Assembly: GCA_040390605.1 (NCBI GenBank) | Contig: JAZJXZ010000017.1 | Span: 34,948 to 98,947, forward strand | From: Pseudomonadota bacterium | GTDB taxonomy: Bacteria > Pseudomonadota > Alphaproteobacteria > Sphingomonadales > Sphingomonadaceae | DNA: 64,000 bases | Reading direction: 5' to 3' | Shown here: piece after piece, positions 27,966 through 37,290 of the stretch | Layout of the letters: each line of letters begins with the position of its first letter | How positions within the stretch are numbered: the first letter of the stretch is position 1 | The notes under the pieces: generated by a model | The model's input: only the letters and a program-made list of their open reading frames with translations | Database searches by the model: none | What the model was told of the DNA's origin: nothing | Program-made: the position numbers and the translations under genes

Positions 27966-29207
27966 TTGGTAAATCGAATCCTGATCGGCATCGCGGGCAT
28001 CGCGGTCATCCTTCTCATTGCGTTCGCGCTGTCGAGCAATCGCCGTGCGATCCGCCTGCGCGTGGTCGGCGCGGCATTCGCGTTGCAGGCCGGTATCGCT
28101 TTCCTCGTGCTTTATGTGCCGGCCGGCAAATGGGTGATCGAACGCATGGCCGGGGGCGTGACGAACCTGCTCGGCTATGCCCAGAACGGCATCGACTTCA
28201 TCTTCGGCCCGCTCGCCAAGCCCGAAATGGGCGGCCACAGCTTCGCGCTCGCCGCTTTGCCGGTGATCATCTTCTTCGCCTCGGTGATCTCGATCCTCTA
28301 TTATCTCAAGGTCATGCAGTTCATCGTCCGCTGGATCGGCGGCGGCATCCAATATGTCACCGGCATCTCGAAGGTCGAATCATTGGGGGCCGCGGCCAAC
28401 ATCTTCGTCGGCCAGAGCGAAGCGCCGTTGGTCATCCGCCCCTATCTCGCCGAGCTGACCCCGTCGCAGATCTTCTGCGTGATGACCGTCGGCATGGCCG
28501 GCGTCGCGGGCACGATCCTCGCGGCTTATGCCTCGATGCTCGGGCCGCAACTGCTGCCCTATCTGCTCGCCGCCAGCTTCATGTCCGCGCCCGGCGGCAT
28601 CCTGATGGCCAAGCTGATCATGCCCGACGACCCCGCCGACAAGGGCAAGGAACCGGCGGTCGAGGGCGACATCCCGTTCGGCGAGGAACGCCCCGCCAAC
28701 ATCATCATGGCCGCCGCCGAGGGCGCGCAGACCGGCGTCAAGCTGGCGGTCGCGGTCGGCGCGATGGTGCTGGCGTTCGTCGCACTCGTCGCGCTCGCCA
28801 ATGGCATCCTGTCGGGCGTCGGCGCCTGGTTCGGTTACCCCGACCTGACCTTCCAGGCGATCATCGGCCATGCGTTCGCGCCGGTCATGTACCTGCTCAA
28901 CGTGCCGTGGAACGAGGCGACCACCGCCGGCGGCCTGTTCGGCACCAAGGTGGTGATCAACGAGTTCGTCGCGTTCAGCTATCTCAGCGAGGCCAAGGCG
29001 CAGCTATCGGCGCACACCGTCGCGGTGGTGACCTTCGCGCTGTGCGGCTTCGCCAACTTCTCGTCGATCGCGATCCAGATGGCGGTGACTGGTGGCCTCG
29101 CGCCCAACCAGCGCCCGACCATCGCCCGGCTCGGCCTGCGCGCGCTGGCCGCGGGCAGCCTCGCCAATCTGATGTCGGCGGCGCTGGCGGGACTTCTGAT
29201 CGTCTGA
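27966..29207 (+). CDS. NupC/NupG-type concentrative nucleoside transporter
   Basis: 413 aa (TTG start, uncertain). GILSGVGAWFGYPDLTFQAIIGHAFAPVMYLLNVPW and GTKVVINEFVAF are CNT signatures. Confidence 0.85.
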   Translation: MVNRILIGIAGIAVILLIAFALSSNRRAIRLRVVGAAFALQAGIAFLVLYVPAGKWVIERMAGGVTNLLGYAQNGIDFIFGPLAKPEMGGHSFALAALPVIIFFASVISILYYLKVMQFIVRWIGGGIQYVTGISKVESLGAAANIFVGQSEAPLVIRPYLAELTPSQIFCVMTVGMAGVAGTILAAYASMLGPQLLPYLLAASFMSAPGGILMAKLIMPDDPADKGKEPAVEGDIPFGEERPANIIMAAAEGAQTGVKLAVAVGAMVLAFVALVALANGILSGVGAWFGYPDLTFQAIIGHAFAPVMYLLNVPWNEATTAGGLFGTKVVINEFVAFSYLSEAKAQLSAHTVAVVTFALCGFANFSSIAIQMAVTGGLAPNQRPTIARLGLRALAAGSLANLMSAALAGLLIV

Positions 29208-29232
29208 GGCGTTCGGACGCCCAAGGAGAAAC

Positions 29233-30453
29233 ATGATGGACGGCGTGATGGATTCGGTGGTCGACTGGGGCGAAGCCGCCGCGGCCGAACTCGACGATGT
29301 GGTCGAGCTGCGACGGGCGATCCATGCCGACCCGGAGATTGGGCTGCACTGCGACCGCACCACCGCCAAGCTGCGCGCCGCGATCGCCGGGCTGCCGCTG
29401 GAAATCCATGAGAGCAAGTCGACCAGCGGCTTCGTCGCGATCCTGCGCGGCGGGCGCAACAATGGCCGCACCGTGCTGCTGCGCGGCGACATGGATGCGC
29501 TGCCGATGCAGGAAGACACCGGCCTGCCCTTCGCCTCCAAGGTTCCAGGCGCGATGCACGCCTGCGGCCACGACGCGCATTCCGCGATGCTGGTCGGCGC
29601 CGCCCGCGCGCTGTGCGCCCGCAAGGACAGCCTGCCCGGTACCGTCGTGTTCATGTTCCAGCCCGGCGAGGAGGGCTATCACGGCGCGCGCTACATGATC
29701 GAGGACGGCCTGCTCGACATCGCCCGGCCCGAGGCGGCCTTCGCGCTGCACATCTCGCCCAATGCGCCGGCCGGCACTTTCGTCAGCCGTCAGGGGCCGC
29801 TGCTCGCCTCGACCGACACGCTCTACGCCACGATCCGCGGGCGCGGCGGCCATGCCGCCATGCCGCACGACACGCTCGATCCGATCCCGGTCGCCTGCGA
29901 GATCGTCACCGCGCTGCAGACCTTCCTCGCCCGCCGCGTGCCGGTGAGCGATCCGGCCGTGCTGACCATCGCCCAGATCAATGCCGGATCGGCGCACAAC
30001 ATCGTGCCGCAGACCTGCGAGATGACCGGTACGCTGCGCACCCTGTCCGAGCGTACCCGCGAGCTGATGCGTGACGCCTTCAAGCGCATCGTCGAGAACA
30101 TCGCCGCCGCGCACGGCATGGTCGGCGAAGTGAGTCTCGAGAGCGGCTATCCCGTGACGATGAACGACCCGCGTGCCTATGACCTGATGCGCGGCCAGGC
30201 GATCGCGCTGGGCGGCGAGGATGCGTGGCAGGTGATGCCCGCTCCGATGATGGGCGCCGAGGACTTTGCCTATGTGCTGCGCGACGTGCCCGGCGCGATG
30301 GCCTTCATCGGCGTGGCGACCGACGGCAGCGACCCGCGCACCAACCCGCCGCTCCACAACACCAAGATGACGATCGACGAAGCGACCATGGCCCGCGGCG
30401 TCGCGCTGCACTGCGCGGCGGCGGCCAAGTTCCTGGAAGACGGGTTCGACTGA
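29233..30453 (+). CDS. M20D family amidohydrolase (aminoacylase/hippurate hydrolase-like)
   Basis: LRRAIHADPEIG, MHACGHDAH and FMFQPGEEG motifs. Confidence 0.85.
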   Translation: MMDGVMDSVVDWGEAAAAELDDVVELRRAIHADPEIGLHCDRTTAKLRAAIAGLPLEIHESKSTSGFVAILRGGRNNGRTVLLRGDMDALPMQEDTGLPFASKVPGAMHACGHDAHSAMLVGAARALCARKDSLPGTVVFMFQPGEEGYHGARYMIEDGLLDIARPEAAFALHISPNAPAGTFVSRQGPLLASTDTLYATIRGRGGHAAMPHDTLDPIPVACEIVTALQTFLARRVPVSDPAVLTIAQINAGSAHNIVPQTCEMTGTLRTLSERTRELMRDAFKRIVENIAAAHGMVGEVSLESGYPVTMNDPRAYDLMRGQAIALGGEDAWQVMPAPMMGAEDFAYVLRDVPGAMAFIGVATDGSDPRTNPPLHNTKMTIDEATMARGVALHCAAAAKFLEDGFD

Positions 30454-30459
30454 CCGGGC

Positions 30460-31566
30460 TTACGCCGCCCGGTGGTTCGCCACAACAGCCTCGACCACCG
30501 CCTGCATCAACGCCTGCCGCTCGGGAATCGGGCGCGGTGTGTCGCCGATCATGACCGCGATCGAATAGGCCTTGCCGTCGGGCGCGATGAGGAAGCCGAC
30601 ATCGTTGTAACCCGCCGTTCGCCCGGCGAGATCCTGCCCGGTCCCGGTCTTGTGGCCGAAGGTCCACCCCGCGGGCACCGCGCCGCGCAGGCGCTGGCGC
30701 CCGGTGTGCGAGAGCTCCATCGTGCCCATCAGATATTGCGTCGAGTTCGGCGACAGCAACCTGCCCTGCTTGAGTTTGGCCAGTGCGCCGGCAATCGCCA
30801 GCGGCGCGGCGCCGTCAGGCGGATCGGCGACATAGCGCTCGAACGCCTCAAGCCGCGCCGAGGGCGCGAGCCGCGCGCGCGCCTGGGTGAAGGCGTTGCC
30901 GAAGGCGAACTCCGGCTTCCATTCGAGGCCGGCGGTCTGGCTCTGCAACAGGCGCTCGCCCGGGCCGAAGCGGATGTCGCCCAACCCCTTGCGCACGATG
31001 AAATCGCGCACCGCAGCCGGGCCGCCGACATAGCGCAGCAGCCGGTCGTTGCAGGTATTGTCGCTCATCGTCAGCGCGCGCTGGAGCAGGTCGCCGACGG
31101 TGGTGTGATAGCCGTCCGCCTTGATCAGCGCGGCGACCGGCTGATGGAACAGCGTCATGTCCTCGCGCGTCAGCGTGATCGGGTCTTCGAGCTTCAGCCG
31201 CCCCGAATCGCGGAAATCGAGCACGGTCATCGCGACCCACAGCTTCGACACGCTCTGCTGCGGCATGCGCTGGTCGCCCTGGCTGTCGACGCTCCAGCCC
31301 TGGTCGATGCTGCGCACGGCGATGCCGACCCGGCCGTTGAAGGACTTGCCCAGGGTCGTGATGCTGGCGACGAGCGGCTGCGGCGCGGCAACCGGCACCG
31401 GCTTGGGCGCGGGCGGCGGGACGGCGATGACGACCTGATAGGCGGGCGGCGGCGGTGCCGCGGCGACATGGACGCGCGTATCATGGCCGCAGGCGCACAG
31501 CGCGCTCGCCAGCACCAGCGCGGTGGCAGGTCGGGAAAGGTTCATCGGAAGAATAGGCTGCACCAC
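30460..31566 (-). CDS. class A beta-lactamase-related serine hydrolase with Pro-rich N-terminal linker
   Basis: SxxK (SVSK), SDN (MSDNTCND) and KTG (GHKTGTG) motifs are in the correct order. An N-terminal signal with a possible lipobox (ALCACG) is followed by a PPPPAY...PPPAPKP linker. Confidence 0.75.
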   Translation of the reverse strand: MVQPILPMNLSRPATALVLASALCACGHDTRVHVAAAPPPPAYQVVIAVPPPAPKPVPVAAPQPLVASITTLGKSFNGRVGIAVRSIDQGWSVDSQGDQRMPQQSVSKLWVAMTVLDFRDSGRLKLEDPITLTREDMTLFHQPVAALIKADGYHTTVGDLLQRALTMSDNTCNDRLLRYVGGPAAVRDFIVRKGLGDIRFGPGERLLQSQTAGLEWKPEFAFGNAFTQARARLAPSARLEAFERYVADPPDGAAPLAIAGALAKLKQGRLLSPNSTQYLMGTMELSHTGRQRLRGAVPAGWTFGHKTGTGQDLAGRTAGYNDVGFLIAPDGKAYSIAVMIGDTPRPIPERQALMQAVVEAVVANHRAA

Positions 31567-31634
31567 CGGCTAAATGTCCCCACGTCCCCGGGAAATGACA
31601 TAGAGACATAATCTCATTGAGAAATCCCTAGCCC

Positions 31635-31675
31635 GTGACACTTGCGATGAAACGCATGTGTCACGCGATGAAACG
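31635..31675. promoter_or_regulatory. candidate regulator-binding repeats upstream of the beta-lactamase-like gene
   Basis: GTGACAC (31635-41) and GTGTCAC (31658-64) form an inverted repeat. GCGATGAAACG occurs twice (31644-54 and 31665-75), 21 nt apart. The surrounding intergenic DNA is AT-rich. Confidence 0.25.
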
Positions 31676-31741
31676 GTCATATCAATATCTCGGGCCATGC
31701 CCTTGGATTCAATGCAGGAGTTCTACGGAAGGCGGCGCGCG

Positions 31742-33178
31742 TCAAATGTCCAGCCGTTCGAGCACGCCGTTGACCTCGCGGCTGCGGTCGTCGGGCGCCG
31801 CGCTGCACCCGCCCGGCCGGGCATAGACGCACATCGCGCGCGCATGTCGGTCGGGGCAGTTCACCAGATGGAAGCCCGGCAGTTCGTCGCCCAGCGGTGC
31901 GGGCGCGATCGCCATGTTGAAGGCGCGCGAACGTTGCGCTGCGGCGGCATCGGCGGCGTCATATTGGTAGATCGGCACCGCGCGGCCGAGCAGGGCATAG
32001 CTGGCGATCAGCCTATCATGGTTGCGGTAGAGCCCGACACCACACAAGGCGGGCGCCTGGCCGGTGCGGTGCCACGCGCCGATGAGTTGGCGGTTGCCGC
32101 CCCACTCGTCGGCCGCGCTGCCCAGCGCCGCCGTGCCGACCGACAACGCGAACCAGCCAGCCGCGATCAGCGCGAGGCGGCGACGCGGCGCGGTGATCAT
32201 CCGCGACACATCGACGCTGCCGATCGCCGCCAGCATGAGCAGCAGCGCATTGGTCAGAAGGATAAAACGGTACTCTTTGTGCCCGATCGCCGAGTGGACG
32301 ACGAAGTTGGCCACCGCCGCCGCCATCAGCGCCGGGTAGCGCCGCGCCCCGACGATGGCGAGGCCGACGATCGGGATCGCCGCCAGCCCCCACAACTCCC
32401 AGAGCAGGCCGAGATAGCCATGCGGCGCGCTGACCCCGAAGGTCGCGCTGCGATTGGCGATCAGGTTGAGGTGGAGGTTGCGGAACATCCACAGGAACGG
32501 CGTCGCGCCCATCGCCAGATCGGCCAGCGCACTGGCCAGCAAGGCAACCGCGCCGCCCGCGGCGAGCAACGCCCAGTCGCGCCAGCGCAGCCCGGCGGCG
32601 AACGGCATCAGCACCAGTACCGCGGGCGCGTACTGGAAGCGGATCACGGCGCACAGGCCGAGCAGCAAGCCGCCGAGCAGCAGCCGGCGCGGACGGCGCT
32701 CGCCGAGCAGCAGCCAGGCGGCGATGACGAACAGCGACGTGGCGATCGCCTCGGACAGGGTGCGCGGCCCGAAATAGGCCAGTTCGCACCAGATCGCGGC
32801 GACGAAGCCGGCCATCAGCCCATGTGCGCGCGACAGGCGGAACCCGAGCCCGGCCGCGCCGATCACCGCGCCGAGCGACAGCAGCACGAACGGCAGCCGC
32901 GCTAGGAAGATGCCGAGCATCGTGCCCGGCGCGATCCCATTGCCGATCGCCAGCGGCCCGGCGAGCAGCGCCGGCAGCAACCAGCCGCGCGCGCCGGCGC
33001 GTGCCTCCCAGGTCTGGACCCAGGGCTCGCCGGCGACGTGGCGGGCGGGTTCGAGATACTGCCATAGCTCGTCGGAATGATGGATCACCGGCCATGCCGC
33101 GACCGCGATGCGCAACAGGGCGGCCACAGCGACGATCGCCCAGAACAGGCGGTCGCGTGCCCAGGCGGGCAGGATCAA
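31742..33178 (-). CDS. GT22 (PIG-B/ALG9-like) family mannosyltransferase, polytopic
   Basis: The real part begins (TTG) ILPAWARDRLFW. HHSDELWQYLEPARHVAGEPWVQTWEARAGARGWLLPAL matches the H-x-DE-x-[FW]-Q-x-LE ... TWE ... R-x-[WY]-L signature of GT22. The TTG forms a TTGA overlap with the nadB stop. The upstream 150+ aa of the ORF are Arg/Pro junk. Confidence 0.65.
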   Translation of the reverse strand: MILPAWARDRLFWAIVAVAALLRIAVAAWPVIHHSDELWQYLEPARHVAGEPWVQTWEARAGARGWLLPALLAGPLAIGNGIAPGTMLGIFLARLPFVLLSLGAVIGAAGLGFRLSRAHGLMAGFVAAIWCELAYFGPRTLSEAIATSLFVIAAWLLLGERRPRRLLLGGLLLGLCAVIRFQYAPAVLVLMPFAAGLRWRDWALLAAGGAVALLASALADLAMGATPFLWMFRNLHLNLIANRSATFGVSAPHGYLGLLWELWGLAAIPIVGLAIVGARRYPALMAAAVANFVVHSAIGHKEYRFILLTNALLLMLAAIGSVDVSRMITAPRRRLALIAAGWFALSVGTAALGSAADEWGGNRQLIGAWHRTGQAPALCGVGLYRNHDRLIASYALLGRAVPIYQYDAADAAAAQRSRAFNMAIAPAPLGDELPGFHLVNCPDRHARAMCVYARPGGCSAAPDDRSREVNGVLERLDI

Positions 33179-34761
33179 GGAACGAGTACCGTGTCGACCG
33201 CCTGGGGAAGCGTCTCGGGGTAATCGAGCGTGTAGTGCAGCCCGCGCGATTCGTGCCGGTGCAGCGCCGAGCGCACGATCAGCTCGGCGGTCTGGAGCAG
33301 GTTGCGCAGTTCGATCAGGTCGGGCGTGACACGGAAATGGCCGTAATAATCCTCGATCTCGGCCGTCAGCAGCTTGATGCGGTGCTGGGCGCGTTCGAGC
33401 CGCTTGGTGGTGCGGACGATGCCGACATAATTCCACATGAAGCGACGGATTTCGGTCCAGTTCTGCTTGATCACGACTTCCTCGTCGGAATCGGTGACGC
33501 GGCTTTCGTCCCAAGGCCGGATCGCGGGGACCGGGGGCAGGTCGTCCCAGCGCGCGGCGATGTCGCGCGCGCAGGCCTCGCCGAACACGAAGCATTCGAG
33601 CAGCGAGTTGGAGGCGAGACGGTTGGCGCCGTGCAGGCCCGACTGGGTGCACTCGCCCGCCGCGTACAGCCCGGGCAGGTCGGTCCGCCCGTCGCGGTCG
33701 ATGACGATGCCGCCACAGGTATAATGCTGCGCCGGCACCACCGGGATCGGCTGCTTCGTCATGTCGATGCCGAGGCCGAGCAGCTTTTCATAGATGTTGG
33801 GGAAATGCTCGCGGATGAACTCGGGCGGCTGGTGGCTGATGTCGAGATGGACGTAATCGAGCCCGAGCCGCTTGATCTCATGGTCGATCGCGCGCGCCAC
33901 GACGTCGCGCGGGGCGAGCTCGGCGCGTGGGTCGAAATCGGGCATGAAACGGTGGCCGGTGTCGGGGATCTTGAGCTGCCCGCCCTCGCCGCGCACGGCT
34001 TCCGTGATCAGGAAGTTCTTGACCTCGAGATTGTACAGGCAGGTCGGGTGGAACTGCATGAACTCCATGTTCGATACGCGCGCGCCGGCGCGCCACGCCA
34101 TGGCGATGCCGTCGCCGGTCGCGCCGCGCGGCGCGGTGGAGAAGAGATAGGTCCGCCCCGCGCCGCCGGTGGCGAGGATCGTGGCGCGCGCGGTGTAAAG
34201 GGCAACATGGCCGGATTTGCGGTCGACCGCATAGACGCCCCAGACATTACCGGCGCCGGAATAGCGCTCCTCATGGCGTGAGGTGGCGAGGTCGATGGCG
34301 ACCTGATCAGGCACGAGGGTGATGTTGGGATGCGCCTCGGCCGCCTTCTGCAGCGCCTCCTGCACCGCCCAGCCGGTGGCGTCGGCGACATGGACGATGC
34401 GGCGATGCGAATGGCCGCCCTCGCGGGTGAGGTGGAGCGCGTTCCCTTCCGTGGCGAAGGGCACGCCGAGTTCCTGCAACCGCGCGATCGCGGCGGGCGC
34501 GCGGTCGACGACGAACTCGACCGTGGCGCGGTCGTTGAGACCGGCGCCGGCGATCATCGTGTCCTCGATATGGCTCTCGAAGGTGTCGCCGGGTTCGAGC
34601 ACCGCGGCGATGCCGCCCTGCGCCCAGGCCGTCGCCCCCTCGTTCATCGCGCCCTTGGCGAGCACGGTGACGGTGAAGCGATCGGCGAGGTTTAGCGCGG
34701 CGGTGAGCCCGGCGGCGCCCGAGCCGATGATGAGGATGTCGGAGCGCTGCGAGTCAGGCAT
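33175..34761 (-). CDS. nadB: L-aspartate oxidase
   Basis: DILIIGSGAAGLTAAL FAD motif. Succinate dehydrogenase/fumarate reductase flavoprotein-like throughout, 528 aa. Confidence 0.95.
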   Translation of the reverse strand: MPDSQRSDILIIGSGAAGLTAALNLADRFTVTVLAKGAMNEGATAWAQGGIAAVLEPGDTFESHIEDTMIAGAGLNDRATVEFVVDRAPAAIARLQELGVPFATEGNALHLTREGGHSHRRIVHVADATGWAVQEALQKAAEAHPNITLVPDQVAIDLATSRHEERYSGAGNVWGVYAVDRKSGHVALYTARATILATGGAGRTYLFSTAPRGATGDGIAMAWRAGARVSNMEFMQFHPTCLYNLEVKNFLITEAVRGEGGQLKIPDTGHRFMPDFDPRAELAPRDVVARAIDHEIKRLGLDYVHLDISHQPPEFIREHFPNIYEKLLGLGIDMTKQPIPVVPAQHYTCGGIVIDRDGRTDLPGLYAAGECTQSGLHGANRLASNSLLECFVFGEACARDIAARWDDLPPVPAIRPWDESRVTDSDEEVVIKQNWTEIRRFMWNYVGIVRTTKRLERAQHRIKLLTAEIEDYYGHFRVTPDLIELRNLLQTAELIVRSALHRHESRGLHYTLDYPETLPQAVDTVLVP

Positions 34762-35677
34762 TGGCCGCCCGCGTCAAATTGAGGAACACATCCTCGAGAT
34801 CAGGCTCCTTGGTCGACACCTCGACGATGCCGAAGCCGCCGGCCTGGACCGCGGCGAGTACCTGGCCGGCATTGGCCTGGTCCTTGCGGTAGGTGATTTC
34901 CAGCACCCGCGCGCCCTTCAGTTCGATCTTCTGGAAGCAGGCGGCCTCGGGCGCCACGGCGACGTCGCGATCGACCGTCACCTCGACCAGCTTCTCCTGC
35001 GCCATGCCGACCAGCTCGCGGGTCGGCTTGTTGGCGATGACCTTGCCGTGGTTGATGATCGCGATGCGGTCGCACAGCTGCTCGGCCTCTTCGAGATAGT
35101 GCGTCGTCAGCACCACCGTCACGCCCTGATCGTTGAGGCTGCGGACATAGGCCCAGAGCTGCTGGCGCAGCTCGATGTCGACGCCTGCGGTGGGCTCGTC
35201 GAGCACCAGCACCGGCGGCCGGTGGACCATCGCCTTGGCGACCATCAGCCGGCGCTTCATCCCGCCCGAGAGCGTGCGGGCATAGGCATTGGCCTTGTCC
35301 TCGAGATGCACCGCGCGGAGCAGCTCCATCGTGCGGCGCTTGGCCTTGGGCACGCCGTACAACCCGGCCTGGATCTCCAGCGTCTCGAACGGCGTGAAGA
35401 AGGGATCGAACAATATCTCCTGGTTGACGATGCCGATCGACGCCTTGGCGTTGCGCGGATGATCGTCGATGTCGAAGCCCCAGATCGCCGCCGAACCGCC
35501 GGTCTTGTTGACCAGCCCGGCGAGGATGTTGATCAGCGTCGACTTGCCCGCGCCGTTCGGCCCGAGCAGCCCGAAGACGGAGCCGCGCGGCACCTCGAAA
35601 CTGACCTCATCGAGCGCGCGCTTGCCGCCCGCATAGGTCTTGCACAACTGGTCGATGGCGATCGCGGCTTCGGTCAT
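34754..35677 (-). CDS. ABC transporter ATP-binding protein (ABC-2 exporter type); no permease gene adjacent
   Basis: Start MTEAAIAIDQLCKTY. Walker A GPNGAGKST, signature LSGGMKRR, Walker B VLVLDEPT. Overlaps the nadB start by 8 nt. Confidence 0.85.
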   Translation of the reverse strand: MTEAAIAIDQLCKTYAGGKRALDEVSFEVPRGSVFGLLGPNGAGKSTLINILAGLVNKTGGSAAIWGFDIDDHPRNAKASIGIVNQEILFDPFFTPFETLEIQAGLYGVPKAKRRTMELLRAVHLEDKANAYARTLSGGMKRRLMVAKAMVHRPPVLVLDEPTAGVDIELRQQLWAYVRSLNDQGVTVVLTTHYLEEAEQLCDRIAIINHGKVIANKPTRELVGMAQEKLVEVTVDRDVAVAPEAACFQKIELKGARVLEITYRKDQANAGQVLAAVQAGGFGIVEVSTKEPDLEDVFLNLTRAANA

Positions 35678-35760
35678 GTCCGGCCTGTAAGCAAGCGGGC
35701 GGGCAAGCTCAATGCTTGGCGCGGACGATGTTGGCGACGGGTGCTCTGAATGGGAGCAGT

Positions 35761-35797
35761 GAAATTCCCTGCCGCAGCGGTGCTGGCAGGGAATTTC
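35761..35797. other. perfect 13-bp-arm hairpin in a 410-nt gap
   Basis: GAAATTCCCTGCC (35761-73), an 11-nt loop, then GGCAGGGAATTTC (35785-97). A partial third copy, GGCAGGGAAAT, lies at 35818-28. Confidence 0.5.
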
Positions 35798-36088
35798 GAA
35801 CATATTCCGCGGGCGGTGGCAGGGAAATGGCAGGCGCGCGATGTTGGACGTTTCGGGAACGTTGCCCGGGCGGGTGTCGCGGGCGCGGGGCATGGACCTG
35901 TCGGACGACCACAGGCAATTGACCGATAGCGTGTCGGGCGGGATGGCGCTGAGCATGCCCGCAATCTTGCCGGGTTCGGCGGCAGTTTGAATCAGTGTGT
36001 GATCGACTGGAATGTCCACCGTCGGCAATGGGCCGCTGGCGGCCCAACCGCTTAGAAAAGCGGTGCAGCTGGGCTGACACGTCGCGCC

Positions 36089-36559
36089 TCACTCGATGCC
36101 GAGCAGGCGGTCGAGCGAGAAGCGCCCGGCGCCGAGCGCGATGATCGGCAGCATCAGCCCGGCCCAGCTGAGATGCGTCGGCCACGCATCGGGATAGACG
36201 AAGACCTCGATCACCGTCGTCATGCCGAGGAGGGCCAGCGCGGAGAAACGGCTGAACAGCCCGAGCACGAGCAGGATCGGGAAGACATGCTCGGCGGTGG
36301 TCGCGGCATAGGCGGCCGGTACCGCCGGGATCAGCGGCAAGGCGTAATCGCTGCGGAACAACTCGAAGGTGCCGTCGCTGAGCGTGAACCATCCCTCGAC
36401 CTTGGTGCGCCCCGACTGGAAGAACACCGCCGCGACGCCGAGCCGCTGCACCAGCAGCAGCGCCGACATGGGGAGCGCACGCCGCGCCAGCGCGGCGAAG
36501 CGGTCGAGCGGGTTGCGGCGCGCGGCGGAGGCGGCTGTCGTTGTGTCGAGCATGATCAT
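36089..36559 (-). CDS. DoxX family membrane protein (last gene of bufferin-1-type operon)
   Basis: MIMLDTTT...[21 protein letters not shown]...[20 protein letters not shown] overlap with the upstream DUF2063 gene. Confidence 0.8.
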   Translation of the reverse strand: MIMLDTTTAASAARRNPLDRFAALARRALPMSALLLVQRLGVAAVFFQSGRTKVEGWFTLSDGTFELFRSDYALPLIPAVPAAYAATTAEHVFPILLVLGLFSRFSALALLGMTTVIEVFVYPDAWPTHLSWAGLMLPIIALGAGRFSLDRLLGIE

Positions 36560-37290
36560 TTTCCCTTGATGCGGAGCGAAGAGAGCGCGCCGCTCGCAAG
36601 GATCTTGCGAAAGGCGGTGGAGATGTCGGTCTGCGGATAGAGTGTCGCGGCAACCGCAGCGGCCTGGCCGATCGTCTCGCCGAGCCTGAGGCCGAACAGG
36701 ATACGATGTTCGGCGGCGTTGATCGTGCGCGCCGTCACCGCGCCGTGGCGGCGGGTGACCAACACACCCTCGGCGCGCCATTCGGGCGCGATCTCGCCCG
36801 CCGTCTCACCGAGATGGGCGAGCCAGATCGACGGCGCCGGCACGGTGAACCAGCTGAAGCGGGTGGCGGGCTGGAGCAGGACGGCGCTCGCCGACCATTG
36901 CTCGGCCGAAACCGATGCGAGCGCCCGTGGATCGAGCATCTCGCCCTCGACCGCGAGATGTGCCTCGACGCGCAACCGGTCGATCTGCGCCACGCCCGAA
37001 ATATAGGGCAGCACCTGGGCGATCGGCTGGGTCTCCAGCCAGTCGGCGAATCCGGCGCCATAATCGGCCAGCACCGGGCTTTGCGGCGGCAGATCGACGA
37101 CGAAATCGGCCGCCAGCGCAAGGAAGGCGGTGGCGCCGAGGATCGTCGATACGGTGGGATGGTTGTCGGCCAGCGCGTCGATCGCGCCCTTCAGGGCGGT
37201 GTTGCGATAGACCGTCAGCGCGGGGTGCCAGGGACGCGTGCCGTCGAGCGCATCGACGAAGCGGCGTTGATAGGTCGCAAGATCAGGCAT
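36556..37290 (-). CDS. bufC: DUF2063 protein (BufC-type partner of the MNIO enzyme)
   Basis: 244 aa. YQRRFVDAL...[32 protein letters not shown] is a DUF2063-like N-terminus. Overlaps the DUF692 stop by 8 nt. Confidence 0.8.
   Translation of the reverse strand: MPDLATYQRRFVDALDGTRPWHPALTVYRNTALKGAIDALADNHPTVSTILGATAFLALAADFVVDLPPQSPVLADYGAGFADWLETQPIAQVLPYISGVAQIDRLRVEAHLAVEGEMLDPRALASVSAEQWSASAVLLQPATRFSWFTVPAPSIWLAHLGETAGEIAPEWRAEGVLVTRRHGAVTARTINAAEHRILFGLRLGETIGQAAAVAATLYPQTDISTAFRKILASGALSSLRIKGK

Noticed and set aside
35678-36028. 117-aa Cys/His-rich N-terminal extension of the ABC ATPase (…PCHRPRNMFEIPCQHRCGREFHCSHSEH…), which looks like a zinc-binding module
   Set aside because: The Cys/His pattern is encoded by the DNA palindrome itself. 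About a quarter of codons end in A/T, against far fewer in real genes here. MTEAAIAIDQLCKTY at 35677 is a canonical ABC N-terminus. I kept the region only as a structured non-coding gap.
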